Below, one piece after another: positions 19,850-30,508 of a stretch of DNA of 64,000 bases. The translations under genes and the position numbers were made by a program. The notes beneath the pieces were generated by a model. That model made no database searches. It was not told where the DNA came from and saw only the letters and a program-made list of their open reading frames with translations. The first letter of the stretch is position 1. Each line of letters begins with the position of its first letter. This stretch comes from Hyalangium minutum (GTDB taxonomy: Bacteria > Myxococcota > Myxococcia > Myxococcales > Myxococcaceae), in contig NZ_JMCB01000001.1 in assembly GCF_000737315.1 (NCBI RefSeq), forward strand, positions 933,509 to 997,508. The letters run 5' to 3'.

Positions 19850-20383
19850 ATGCCCCCGAACAGCCACCATCACCTATGGGCCGCGCTCTTGCTGAGCATG
19901 GTGGCAGTGTGCGGAGGAATGGGCTGCGCAAGCAGCAAGCAGCAAGGGCCCAACCCTGTCGTGGGCGTCATCACCCCCGAGTACTTCCGCTTTCGGGAGA
20001 TCGTTCCGGATGATGACCCGCACGTGCCCTCTGGGGGGTGGCGTGCGGTCTGCATCCATGCCCTGCTCAAGCATGGAACCTCGGAGGCCAGGTCGGTCTG
20101 CAAGTTCGAGGTAGGCCTGCCCCTGCGGAACGAGAAACAAGGCCTCATTCCGCAGGAAGAAGCTCAATTCGCCGCCGCCTCCATGGCCAACCGGGCTGTC
20201 CGCGACGTCTTATCTCGTGCACACCCTGGGGAGATGCTTGCCGTCTTGTGCAGGGACTTCAAAACAACGTACGACGCGATGTTGAAAGCCAAGTACGCGG
20301 GCGCTCAGGTCGGAGAATGCAGGACCGCAGGCATCGAAACGGTCCCTTTTGGTATCAGGCTTGGAGAGGAACCCACTCCATGA
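19850..20383 (+). CDS. Hypothetical lipoprotein (putative toxin of a two-gene cassette)
   Basis: Signal with lipobox GGMGC-ASS. Cys-containing C-domain. ATGA-coupled to the next gene. Confidence 0.65.
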   Translation: MPPNSHHHLWAALLLSMVAVCGGMGCASSKQQGPNPVVGVITPEYFRFREIVPDDDPHVPSGGWRAVCIHALLKHGTSEARSVCKFEVGLPLRNEKQGLIPQEEAQFAAASMANRAVRDVLSRAHPGEMLAVLCRDFKTTYDAMLKAKYAGAQVGECRTAGIETVPFGIRLGEEPTP

Positions 20384-20982
20384 TGGACCTGACAGAAGCA
20401 AGCTTGGTGGAGGTTGCGCGGCGCTTCTATCCCGAGGGATATCCCGTCACTTCCGATGAGTACGGGCAGGACGGGTTGCTACCGCATCAACGGACCCCCG
20501 AGTACGCGCGCTTTCTCGAAGCCTGGGACAAAGCCATGGCCTGGCCTGAGTGGAAGACGCTCTTCCAGGAGATGCGCAGTGTGTTTCCACGCTACGGCGA
20601 CTGCACTCAGCCCTGGGCCGCCAGTTGCCGCAGGTGCTGCGTGTACATCTGGCGGCCACTGCCTGAGGGTGCTCGTCACCTCACGATTGTCGCGGCAGCC
20701 GTCAGCGTTCTCGCCCCCCTTTACCTCGTCTACTGCACCACGGAGGTGGTGGTGGACAAGGACTCCCAGGAACGTCACGTCTTCTTGGAGCTCCCCGAAG
20801 AGGTCAAACCTCAAGCCGCCGCACTCTCAGCCTTGGTCGAGCGCGTCTTGGGCTATCAGGCGTTCCCGCTCCGGTTCGCCAACGTCTCCGTACCCGGCCT
20901 CCGCGTCGACGGAGTCGACTGGCGGAAGGAGCCCACCTTGCTCGATGCGCTCTTCGACACCGATCTCGACAGCCTCTTCTGA
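20380..20982 (+). CDS. Hypothetical cytoplasmic protein (putative immunity partner)
   Basis: ATG overlaps the upstream TGA. 200 aa, no signal peptide. Confidence 0.7.
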   Translation: MMDLTEASLVEVARRFYPEGYPVTSDEYGQDGLLPHQRTPEYARFLEAWDKAMAWPEWKTLFQEMRSVFPRYGDCTQPWAASCRRCCVYIWRPLPEGARHLTIVAAAVSVLAPLYLVYCTTEVVVDKDSQERHVFLELPEEVKPQAAALSALVERVLGYQAFPLRFANVSVPGLRVDGVDWRKEPTLLDALFDTDLDSLF

Positions 20983-21067
20983 CCGTTGGCCGTCCTGGGC
21001 AGGCGTGCGAGCCCTCTACCGAGCAGGGATGCTCCATTTCCCTACCCCTTGAAAACTTTGAACGCCA

Positions 21068-21082
21068 CATATAGGTTATATG
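21068..21082. promoter_or_regulatory. Palindromic AT-rich operator candidate upstream of the Lrp-family gene
   Basis: CATATA-GGT-TATATG, a perfect 6-bp inverted repeat in an AT-rich island 40 nt upstream of ATG 21123. Confidence 0.45.
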
Positions 21083-21122
21083 CCGTAGACCTCGGGCACC
21101 TATAAAAATAAGGTTTCCGGCG

Positions 21123-21593
21123 ATGGATACCACCGATTACCGCATCGTGGACATGCTGCAGAAGGACGGGCGGGCGACTCAGCTTGAGATCGCCCGGGCG
21201 ATCAACCTGTCCCAGCCAGCCACCGCCGAGCGCATCCGCAAGCTCGAGAGCAACGGCGTCATCACCGGCTACACGGCCCAGGTGGATGCCACCAAGCTCG
21301 GCAAGGACATCACCGCCTTCATCGGGGTGACCATCGAGCACCCGAAGTATTTCGAAAACTTCTCCAAGAAGGTCTTGGAGCTGCCGGAGATCCTCGAGGC
21401 CCACCGCGTGGCCGGCCAGGACTCCTACCTCCTCAAGGTGAAGACGTCGAACACGAAGAGCCTGGATCAGCTCCTCGTGGAGACGCTGCGCACCATCGAG
21501 GGCGTCACCCGGACTCACACCACCATTGTTCTGACTTCCATCAAGGAGGAGACGCACGTTCACGTCTCCCCCGAGCACCTGAGAGGAGACTGA
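21123..21593 (+). CDS. Lrp/AsnC family transcriptional regulator
   Basis: HTH (LEIARAINLSQPATAERIRKLESNGVITGY) plus RAM domain (EAHRVAGQDSYLLKV). Confidence 0.95.
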   Translation: MDTTDYRIVDMLQKDGRATQLEIARAINLSQPATAERIRKLESNGVITGYTAQVDATKLGKDITAFIGVTIEHPKYFENFSKKVLELPEILEAHRVAGQDSYLLKVKTSNTKSLDQLLVETLRTIEGVTRTHTTIVLTSIKEETHVHVSPEHLRGD

Positions 21594-21595
21594 CC

Positions 21596-22810
21596 ATGTC
21601 CATGATGAGCAGCGCGATGGTTGCGCCCACCCCCGTCTCCCTGCGGCTGGCCCAGCGCATGTCGCGCATGAAGACCTCGGCGGTGCGCGAAATTCTCAAG
21701 GTGGCCGAGCGCCCGGAGATTCTCTCGTTCGCAGGCGGGCTGCCGGCGCCGGAGCTGTTCCCGGTGGAGGCCATTGCCCAGGCACACGCCGAGGTGTTCG
21801 CCAACGAGGGCCCCGCGGCCATGCAGTACAGCACCACGGAGGGCTACGGCCCTCTGCGTGAGTGGATCTGCGCGCACCTGGCCCAGCGCGGTCAGCGCGC
21901 GACCATCGAGCAGGTCATCACCACGGCGGGCTCTCAGCAGGGCATCGACCTGGTGGCCAAGGTGATGTTGGACCCGGGCGACGTCGTCGTGGTTGAGAAC
22001 CCCAGCTACCTGGCGGCGCTGCAGAACTTCGACGGCTACCAGGCCCGCATCGAGTGCGTGGGCAGCGACGACGAGGGCATGAAGGTGGACGAGCTGGAGG
22101 AGCTGGCCAGCCGGTGCCGCCCGAAGCTCATCTACCTCGTCCCGAACTTCCACAATCCGAAGGGGACCACCCTGTCCCTGGCACGGCGGCACGCGCTGGT
22201 GCGCTTCGCGCAGCGGCACGGGGTGCTCATCCTCGAGGACAATCCCTACGGCGAGCTGCGCTTCCGGGGCGAGGCCCTGCCCTCGCTGGCCTCGCTGGAT
22301 GACACAGGCGTGGTGGTGCAGCTCGGCACGTTCTCGAAGACGCTGGCGCCGGGGCTGCGGATCGGCTGGGCGGTGGGCTCGCGGGAGATGATGCGCAGCC
22401 TCACCATCGTGAAGCAGTCCACGGACCTGCACACGGCGACGCTGGCGCAGCGGGCCACGGCGCGGCTGCTGAAGACGTTCGACTACGACGCGCACCTGCT
22501 GCGGCTGAGGGCGGTGTACGGGCAGCGCTGCCAGACGATGCTGACGGCGCTGGAGACGTCCATGCCCGAGGGCACGAAGTGGACGCACCCGGACGGCGGC
22601 ATGTTCCTGTGGGTGGAGCTGCCCAAGGGCATGCGGGGCGAGGAACTGCTGCCCCGCGCCATCGAGCAGCGGGTGGCGTTCGTGCCGGGCAGCCCGTTCT
22701 TCGCGGCGAACCCGAGGGCCGAGTGCATCCGCCTGAACTACTCCAACCGCCCGCCCGAGCTGATTGAAGAGGGCATGCGGCGGCTGGCCTCGGTGCTGTC
22801 GGCGCAGTAG
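21596..22810 (+). CDS. PLP-dependent aminotransferase class I/II (LysN/MocR-like)
   Basis: SFAGGLP, PNFHNPKG, LEDNPYG and PLP lysine motif TFSKTLAPGLRIGW. Confidence 0.95.
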   Translation: MSMMSSAMVAPTPVSLRLAQRMSRMKTSAVREILKVAERPEILSFAGGLPAPELFPVEAIAQAHAEVFANEGPAAMQYSTTEGYGPLREWICAHLAQRGQRATIEQVITTAGSQQGIDLVAKVMLDPGDVVVVENPSYLAALQNFDGYQARIECVGSDDEGMKVDELEELASRCRPKLIYLVPNFHNPKGTTLSLARRHALVRFAQRHGVLILEDNPYGELRFRGEALPSLASLDDTGVVVQLGTFSKTLAPGLRIGWAVGSREMMRSLTIVKQSTDLHTATLAQRATARLLKTFDYDAHLLRLRAVYGQRCQTMLTALETSMPEGTKWTHPDGGMFLWVELPKGMRGEELLPRAIEQRVAFVPGSPFFAANPRAECIRLNYSNRPPELIEEGMRRLASVLSAQ

Positions 22811-22830
22811 GCCCGCCGCCCCACTCCGCC

Positions 22831-23576
<746 letters not shown>

Positions 23577-23580
<4 letters not shown>

Positions 23581-25085
23581 GCCCGCTCCAGCTTCGCCTC
23601 GAGCGTGCGCGCGAGGCGGGACAAGGGGTAGCTCATCGCCAGGTAGAGCGCCGCGCACAGCGCGCCTGGCAACAACCAACTCCGCACATCCACCGCGGTG
23701 ATCGTCATGCGCTTGGTCAGCTCCACCACCGAGATCACCGACACCAGCGAGCTGTCCTTCAGCAATGCAATGAAGTCATTCGTCACTCCAGGCAAGGCCA
23801 CCCGGAAGGCCTGGGGGATCACCACCCGCCTGAGCGCCAGGGGGGTAGGCATGCCCAGCGCGAGCGCAGCCTCCAGCTGGCCCTTGGGCACGGCCAGGAT
23901 GCCCGCGCGGTACACCTCGGCTTCGTAAGCGGCGTAGTTGAGCCCCAACCCCAGGATGGCGGCACTCAGGGGGTCCAGCCTCAGCACGGCTGCGAGGCCG
24001 TAATACAGGACATAGAGCTGGAGCAACACGGGGGTGCCCCGGAGCAGCTCGACGTAGGCGGTGGTGAGGCCCCCCAGCCAGCGAGGCCCGTAGAGACGCC
24101 CCAGGGCCAGCAGCATGCCCAGGGGAATGGCGAGCACCATGGCGCCCACGGACACGAGCAGCGTGACGAGCGCGGCCTGTAGGAAGAGGAGGATCTGGCT
24201 CCAGCCCATGTGGGCGGTGACGGTCTGCGAGAACAGCTCACGGGACTGGGCCTCGGTCCACTCCACCATGCGCTGCTCGGCGGCGTTGTCGATGTTCCAG
24301 CGGCGGAGGATCTCCCGGAGCTCGCCGGAGCGAGCGATGCGGCCCAGCGCATCATCCAACGCCTGACGCAGGTCGTCCTCGCCGGGGCGCACGGCGATGG
24401 CGTAGTAGCCCTCGCCCACGTCGCCCACCACGCGCAGGCCGGGGCGCGTCATCCCGTATTGTTGGGCGATGATGTCGTCCATGAGCACGGCATCCAGGCG
24501 GCCTTGCTCCAGATCGATATAGGGCTCCTGGACGCCCTCGTAGGGGACAGCCTGGGCGCCGGTGCGCAAGAGCATCTCCCAAGCCTGGGAGTTGGAGAGC
24601 GTGCCCACGCGCAGCCCGCGCAGCGCCTCCAGGCCGGTGATGCTGGAGTCGCCCTGCCGCACCATGAGCCGGAGCTGGAAGAGGTAATACGGGCGCGTGA
24701 AGAGGACGCGGCCGGTGCGGGCGGGAGTCACTTCGATGCCGTTCAGGGCGACGTCGAACGAGCCACCGCGCTCAAGCGTGGGGATGAGGCTGGACCAGTC
24801 GTTCTGGACGAACTCGGCGCGCACGCCCAGCTCGCGGGCGAGGGCATCGGCCAGTTCCACCTCGAAACCCCGGTACTGGCCGGGGTGCTCGGGATCCTCC
24901 ATGGCATAGGGCTCGCCGCCTTGCGCATCGGCGCCCCAGCGCAGCACACCGGCACGCTGCACGCGTTCGAGCCCGGAACCCTCCTTCTGGCCACAGGCCG
25001 TCAGTTCCATCAGAGCCACCAGGGCCAGGAAGGCGCTGGCGAGAGCAGAAGAACGTCGCGGCCGGGGAGGAGGTTCGCCTGTCAT
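23577..25085 (-). CDS. Amino-acid ABC transporter, fused substrate-binding and permease protein
   Basis: SBP_bac_3-like N-half (GFEVELADALA, DLEQGRLDAV). Permease C-half (RGTPVLLQL, YEAEVYRAGI, LLKDSSL). Confidence 0.93.
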
Positions 25086-25181
25086 GTCATGCAAGGGATC
25101 GAGGCGCTCGGGCAGTGAATCGAGCGGCTCTACACATACGGCAAAACAGCGAGGGGTTCCAGCGGGGTCCTTCGTCGGGGC

Positions 25182-27371
25182 CTACGTCGACTCGCGGTCG
25201 CGGCTCTGCATGGCCTGGCTCGCCACCACATCCGCGGTGGTGAGGTCCATCGTCACCAACCGCCCGTCCTTGCGGGTGATCACCCGGGGCTCGCGCTGCC
25301 CCAGGCCGGCTACCAGGACGCGCAGGCTCTCGGGCGTGCCGTGGCTCTCCGCAGTGGCGTGCTCCCGCCACAGCTTCTCGAGTTCCACCATGGTGCGCTG
25401 CACCTGCGCGGGGTTCGGCTTCGCGCGCAGCGGCTCCAGCAGCTCCACCGTCCGCTTCGCGCCTTCGGGGGTGAGCCCCCAGAGCACGGCATTCCGGCGG
25501 ATCCCCACGCGGAGCAGCGTCCGCGCCCCCAGGGCATCTCCTTTCTGGGTGCGCGCGATGACCGTCCCCGCCAGCGCTCGGGCCGTCCGGCAGGCCACGC
25601 GCTGGAGATAGCCCACGCCTCCGAACTGGTAGTGCCCCGTGAACAACCCGCTCGCGGCGAGCTGCCCCAGGACTCCGGGCTGAGAGAGCGAGACCGCCTC
25701 AGGAGGGATGAGCGACAGCAGCGAGGGCTCCCCGTGCGCCTGGGCGTGCAGGGCCTGCCGCAGCAAGGACTGGCCCGCATGGGTGGCCCCCACCACATCC
25801 AGGCTCCCCAGACAGACCAGGGCCTCGTCGTTCAGCTCCGGGCAGAGCGGCCGCAGCACGCCTCGCAGCACGGCCACGTGCATGCACGCGATCAACATCT
25901 CCACGAGCGGCTCGGAGGCCCGCTCGAACGCTTCCCACGCGGCGCTCTCCTCCGGCTCCGGATCATAGAGGCTCTGCAGGTGCCGCAGCCGCGCGAAGCC
26001 CGGGACGCAGCGCTGCCGGGCCTCGCGCAGGGCTCCCGTGAGGGCCTCCGCCAGCTCCCGGGCTCCGGCGCTGTCTCCCTGAAGCGCGAGCGCGGCAGCG
26101 AGCTGCACGCCCCAGGCGGCCCCTCGAGGAGCGTGAGCGAGCTCCTGGGCCACGCTGGCAGCCAGCGCCCCCGCCTTGTGGGGGCCCTCGGACTGGAGGA
26201 GCCCGGAGATGAACGTCTGCGCCATCAGCCGCAGGGAGAGCGGCGCGAGCAGCTCGCCGGACCGGAGCAGCGCCCTGATGACGGCCTCTCGCTCCACCCC
26301 GAGGCCGAGCCACTCCCGCCCCAGGGTGCCCAGCCACGACTGAGAGCGCTCGATGACCGCGTGGCGGTAGGTGAGGCTGACCCCGACCCGCAGCGCCTGC
26401 TCGAGCCCAGCGGCTCGCCCCACGGCGCTCACACCGGCGCTCGCCAGGGCCTCGGCCTCCCCTGCTCCCGCCGAGACCAGCAGCTTCTCGAAGGCCTCCG
26501 CGCTGTTGGGACCCACTTGGATGGCCGTGCGCGAGACGAGCGCGGCGATCTTCTGGCGCTCCTCGGAGGTGCACGCGCCGACCTTGTCCGCGAGCGCTTC
26601 AACTTGGGGGCGGACCTGCTCCGAGAACAGCCGCCGGAACGCCTCTCCGCGCTCCGGGCCGAGCTGCAGGTTGAGGTGACGCATCAGGCTCACGGGAGGC
26701 TCGCCCTGGCGCTCCAGGTGCTCGATGAAGAGCGCCTTGTTCCGCGCCTGATCGTACTGAGACTCCTCGGGATCATCGCCGTGCAGGTAGGTGCGCACCG
26801 AGGCGGTCTCGAGCGAGTCCAGCTCATCATCCGGATGCCTCCGGCTCGCCGCGAGCACGGACGAGGCCGAGGCCTGCTTGCGCAGACGCTTCCGGGCCTT
26901 GCGCAGGCTGGCGCGCTTGAGCGCCGCGAAGGCCGCACCCAAGGTTCCCGCCAGCAAGGTCTTCGCGGAGGTAGGGCTGTCGGAGAGTTCACCCGCCTCC
27001 AGGCTGCCCGGCTCGTGCGAGGACTCCGACGACTCGCTCCGAACGGTCTCCTTGCGCCGGGCGGGGGCCTCACGCGCGGCGGGCTGCGAGGCGGAATCCA
27101 CCAGGCCGCGCACGAGCTGGCCCGCGAGCTTGCCTGCGGAGACGAAGGCCGAGCCGAACTGCTGGGCCACCTGCCGCGCATTGACGGGCGCCGGTGTGCC
27201 CGCGGCCTGCGGGGCCGGAGCGCCATGAGGCTCGGGCGCCGCCGGGGCGGGAGCGGCCGGTGCGGAGGAAGCTGGAGCCGACGGAGGGCTGACGGGCGCC
27301 GCGGGCCTGGGCGAGGCCGCAGGCCTCGGCAGAGGCACTCCGGGTGGAAGCGACGAGCCGATCTTCGCCAT
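25182..27371 (-). CDS. Hypothetical protein, Pro/Ala-rich N-terminus and large helical body
   Basis: 729-aa ORF with GC3 bias, apparently the last gene of the 30327-25182 minus-strand operon. Confidence 0.75.
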   Translation of the reverse strand: MAKIGSSLPPGVPLPRPAASPRPAAPVSPPSAPASSAPAAPAPAAPEPHGAPAPQAAGTPAPVNARQVAQQFGSAFVSAGKLAGQLVRGLVDSASQPAAREAPARRKETVRSESSESSHEPGSLEAGELSDSPTSAKTLLAGTLGAAFAALKRASLRKARKRLRKQASASSVLAASRRHPDDELDSLETASVRTYLHGDDPEESQYDQARNKALFIEHLERQGEPPVSLMRHLNLQLGPERGEAFRRLFSEQVRPQVEALADKVGACTSEERQKIAALVSRTAIQVGPNSAEAFEKLLVSAGAGEAEALASAGVSAVGRAAGLEQALRVGVSLTYRHAVIERSQSWLGTLGREWLGLGVEREAVIRALLRSGELLAPLSLRLMAQTFISGLLQSEGPHKAGALAASVAQELAHAPRGAAWGVQLAAALALQGDSAGARELAEALTGALREARQRCVPGFARLRHLQSLYDPEPEESAAWEAFERASEPLVEMLIACMHVAVLRGVLRPLCPELNDEALVCLGSLDVVGATHAGQSLLRQALHAQAHGEPSLLSLIPPEAVSLSQPGVLGQLAASGLFTGHYQFGGVGYLQRVACRTARALAGTVIARTQKGDALGARTLLRVGIRRNAVLWGLTPEGAKRTVELLEPLRAKPNPAQVQRTMVELEKLWREHATAESHGTPESLRVLVAGLGQREPRVITRKDGRLVTMDLTTADVVASQAMQSRDREST

Positions 27372-27396
27372 GGGCAGAGGCCCTCAGACTACCAGC

Positions 27397-27864
27397 TCAG
27401 ATGGGGAGCTTGAAGGTGCCCCCACCCTTGAGCTCGGCCGCCTGAATCTGGATGCCCGAGAACAGCGCCTCGGCGGTGGAGCGGCTCGCCGAGAGCTTCT
27501 CCGCGCGGACCGAGTAGGTGAAGACACGGGCCAGCCCCTTGGTGACCACGCACAGCTGGTATTGGCCGATCTTCACTCCCTCCGCCAGGAACGAGTGCTC
27601 CCGCAGGTGGCCGGAGAGGCTGCCGAAGCGGGCCGGCCCCTCCTTGTGCACCACGTACTGCTCCAGGGTGCGCGCCATCGAATCCTTCATGTCCGCCACG
27701 TAGGACTCGAGCGTCACCGTCTCGGGAAGGGTCTGGGGCGTGATGGCCAGATTGGTACGAAAGCCTCGATCCATAGGCCCGTGGGCGACAATGAAGCTGC
27801 CGTCGGACCAGCCGGAGGGGAGCATCACCGAGTATTCGCCGTGGCGGAGCGTCTGAGGTGCCAT
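27397..27864 (-). CDS. DcrB/DUF1795 (PsbP-fold) family protein
   Basis: Pattern LPSGW.D.S...FRTNLAI....LESYV.....L..Y.......QYQ.......VFTYS is typical of this family. Confidence 0.7.
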   Translation of the reverse strand: MAPQTLRHGEYSVMLPSGWSDGSFIVAHGPMDRGFRTNLAITPQTLPETVTLESYVADMKDSMARTLEQYVVHKEGPARFGSLSGHLREHSFLAEGVKIGQYQLCVVTKGLARVFTYSVRAEKLSASRSTAEALFSGIQIQAAELKGGGTFKLPI

Positions 27865-27939
27865 GAAGGAAGTGTCTGGAAGTGCTGCCGCGGAGCAGGC
27901 CGCCCGGAAGAGCGGCCCACCCCGCAGAGGTGAAGAGGA

Positions 27940-30327
27940 CTAGCGAGGCGAGGTGAGCAGGTCTGGGATGTCCGTCTTGGCGTACCGGCCCACAGCCCAC
28001 GACGCGATGCCCGCCCCGAGCCCGACGACGGCGCCCACCACGGTGCCGGGCCCGGGGACAATGCTGCCCGTGGCCGCTCCGGCGGCGATCCCCAGGCCAA
28101 TGACACCCGCGCCGACGCCAATCAAGGCCTGCGCCTGCTTGTAGCCATCATGGCCCGCGTTCGCGTAATCCATGGCGCCGGTGACCGCGCTCAGGCCCGC
28201 GCCCGCGAACCCCAGCCAGCGGGATGCAAACTGGCTGGCCCCCCTCAAGCCCCCCAGCTTCCCCGCGAAATAGTCGGCCGACTCAGCGGCCATGGCCTGT
28301 GGGTTGGCCAGCGTCCGCGCGGTCCGGACGGTGTTGTTCGCCCAGTCGGCCGTCCCCAGGGCGTTGCCCCCCAGTGCGAGCGAATCGCGCAGCACCTTCT
28401 CGGAGTTGCCCTCGCGCACGTTCTGGGCGAGGGACTGCACGTTGGAGATCGTGCTGGTCACCTGCGCCGCCAGCCCGATCGGGTTGGTGCCGAACTTCAG
28501 CCCGTTGAGGGCCGTGGTCCGATCCATGGCCTCGAGCGCCGTCTTGGGCAGGCCCAGGACGTTGTTCATGGTACCGAACGTCGTGCTCGCGGCGCTCGCC
28601 TGGGCGTTGTCCGCGGGGGTGGCCGGGCGCGGCCCCTCCGGACCCGCGAACCGCTGCAACTGGCCCACCATGGCCTCCTGCGCGCCCGTGGCCAGATCCC
28701 GCTGCTCGGACGTGAGGTGGCTGGCGTCGTTGACGGGCTGCCCGTTGACCGTGAGCGAGTACGGATCCACCTGCCGGTTGCCGTCCAGGCTCGCCTGCGC
28801 CACGTCGCCTCCCCTCCTCAGCGTCTCGGTGCCACGGACGAACTCCAGCCCCTGGTCTGTCACGCGGCTGGTGAGGTCCTCCCGCATGTTCACCGGCTCT
28901 TGGCCCGGCTCGAAGCGGGTGCTCTCCGTCGTCTCATTCACCTCCAGCCCTTGCGCCGTCTGCTGCTGCGTGCGGGTGTAGTCACCAACCTGGCGCACCC
29001 CGTTCTCGTCGGTGGCGTCCGTGTGGCGGCGATCCACCTGACCATCGGCGCCGTAGGTGGAGTTGGTGGTCTGGCTCGCCCCGCGCATCTGCTGGTTCTC
29101 ATCCTCCCACTGCGTCCGCTCCTCCTGCGTCACGTTGGCGCCCTCGGCGCGGCTGTAGCTGACGTGCTGGTAGGTGCTCACGCCCTCCACCACGTCGTTC
29201 TGCCGCATCTCGTTGGGAGAGATCTGCTTCTGGAGCGACCAGGCGCGGGGCTGCTGCTGGCCGTCGGCCCCCGTCACGTCCGAGGACGTGGCACGCACGC
29301 CGTCCTGCGAGTAGGAGACGTCACGGGCGCGCTCGGTGGTGCCATTCGCGTGGGTGACGGTGGTGTGGGTCTCCACCACGTCCACGGGACGGTTTGCGTC
29401 GAACTCCCCTTGCAGGTTGCCGTGGATGCCCTGGGTGGCCTGATCTTCGGGAGGCAGTTCCCCTTCCACGAGCGGCCGGTTGAGCGGCTCGTTGGGCTGC
29501 TGCACTCGGAAGGCTCTCGTCGAGTCCGTCACATTGTCGGCGTTGGATGCCACGGTGCGCTCGCTGAGCCCTCCTCCCTCCTGGCGGGTCCAGGTCCGGC
29601 TGTTGGTGGAGACGGCCGGATCCCTCTGGGCCTGGAGTTCCTGCTGGCTCGGCGGCGGCGGGGGCTGCTGGCTGGGAGGCTGGTGCCAGGTGGCCGTCTC
29701 GGAGGTGGTCTCCTGGGGACTGACGCGGACGGACGTGCGGTTCGCCGTGCCATCCGGTGCGTAGGTGGTGTCATCCACCGAGAGCCGATCTCCCGCCTGC
29801 TCGGACGAGCGCGTGCGGGTGACGTTGCCCTGGCCATCGCGCTCCGTCACGGTGACGCGGTTGCCCTCGCGCTGGACGTTGGGATCCGGAGGAACCTGGT
29901 TGGCACGGGCCTGATCCTCTCCGGCGATGCGCTGCGCGTCCTGCTGGGTGGCGTTCTGCGCGGCATCGACCTGGGCCCGGTCGTCGGTGACTTCATGAAC
30001 CTGGACAGCATCCTGGGCGCCCTGGACCGCGCGCGGATCCGCGGGAGGCGGCGTCGAAGTGGGCGTGGAGGCCGGGGTCGCCCCGGGGCCACTGCCAGGC
30101 GCGCCAAACCCCTGCGTCGGGGGCGCGGAGGGTTGCGCGGACGTCGGGTTCAGCGAGAGCGCGGCAGAGGCATTCGTGGGCGAAGCTTGCTGGGGCTGCT
30201 GCGGCGGCGGGGGCTGCTGCTGAGGAGGCTGCTGGAACGTATCCTTGGGAGGAGGAGGCGGCGGCTGGGGAGGCGTCGGCGGGGGCGGGGGCGGCGGCGG
30301 CGGCGGCGGCGGGATCCGAATCGACAT
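27940..30327 (-). CDS. Putative secreted effector: poly-Pro/Gln N-terminus, Thr/Gln-rich core, hydrophobic Gly-zipper C-terminus
   Basis: ATG 30327 (MSIRIPPPPPPPPP) with GGGAG RBS. C-terminal ALIGVGAGVIGLGIAAGAATGSIVPGPGTVVGAVVGLGAGIASWAV. Confidence 0.75.
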   Translation of the reverse strand: MSIRIPPPPPPPPPPPPTPPQPPPPPPKDTFQQPPQQQPPPPQQPQQASPTNASAALSLNPTSAQPSAPPTQGFGAPGSGPGATPASTPTSTPPPADPRAVQGAQDAVQVHEVTDDRAQVDAAQNATQQDAQRIAGEDQARANQVPPDPNVQREGNRVTVTERDGQGNVTRTRSSEQAGDRLSVDDTTYAPDGTANRTSVRVSPQETTSETATWHQPPSQQPPPPPSQQELQAQRDPAVSTNSRTWTRQEGGGLSERTVASNADNVTDSTRAFRVQQPNEPLNRPLVEGELPPEDQATQGIHGNLQGEFDANRPVDVVETHTTVTHANGTTERARDVSYSQDGVRATSSDVTGADGQQQPRAWSLQKQISPNEMRQNDVVEGVSTYQHVSYSRAEGANVTQEERTQWEDENQQMRGASQTTNSTYGADGQVDRRHTDATDENGVRQVGDYTRTQQQTAQGLEVNETTESTRFEPGQEPVNMREDLTSRVTDQGLEFVRGTETLRRGGDVAQASLDGNRQVDPYSLTVNGQPVNDASHLTSEQRDLATGAQEAMVGQLQRFAGPEGPRPATPADNAQASAASTTFGTMNNVLGLPKTALEAMDRTTALNGLKFGTNPIGLAAQVTSTISNVQSLAQNVREGNSEKVLRDSLALGGNALGTADWANNTVRTARTLANPQAMAAESADYFAGKLGGLRGASQFASRWLGFAGAGLSAVTGAMDYANAGHDGYKQAQALIGVGAGVIGLGIAAGAATGSIVPGPGTVVGAVVGLGAGIASWAVGRYAKTDIPDLLTSPR

Positions 30328-30383
30328 TGCTCTCCCTGTCGGTAGGTAGGCACAGCGCGCCGGGACGGGCACGCTGTAGGGAG

Positions 30384-30410
30384 TTATCGGATTATGGGAA
30401 ACCCTGTTGC
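30384..30410 (-). promoter_or_regulatory. Sigma28-like promoter candidate GCAAC-N15-CCGATAA
   Basis: On the minus strand, 57 nt upstream of ATG 30327. The -10 element CCGATAA matches the FliA-type consensus (G)CCGATAA. Confidence 0.45.
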
Positions 30411-30508
30411 GGATTTCCCAATTTTTGGTGCTCAGGCCTGGAAAACCCCGTGTTTTCCAAGTCTTAGCTTCCGATCAACCGGTCCGTGACCCACTTCTGG
30501 AAGCCAGG

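Noticed and set aside
30250-30312. (GGC)n microsatellite as a contingency locus
   Set aside because: It is a trinucleotide run encoding poly-Pro. Slippage would keep the frame, so there is no phase-variation evidence.
25341-30345. Long plus-strand ORFs 25341..27413 and 28150..30345 (likewise 15124..17010, 21560..23311, 30407..31858, 37482..39521, 46018..48729, 50848..52998)
   Set aside because: Antisense shadows of real genes, expected in high-GC DNA. They are Arg/Gly/Ala-rich, have no motifs, and overlap genes with clear signatures.
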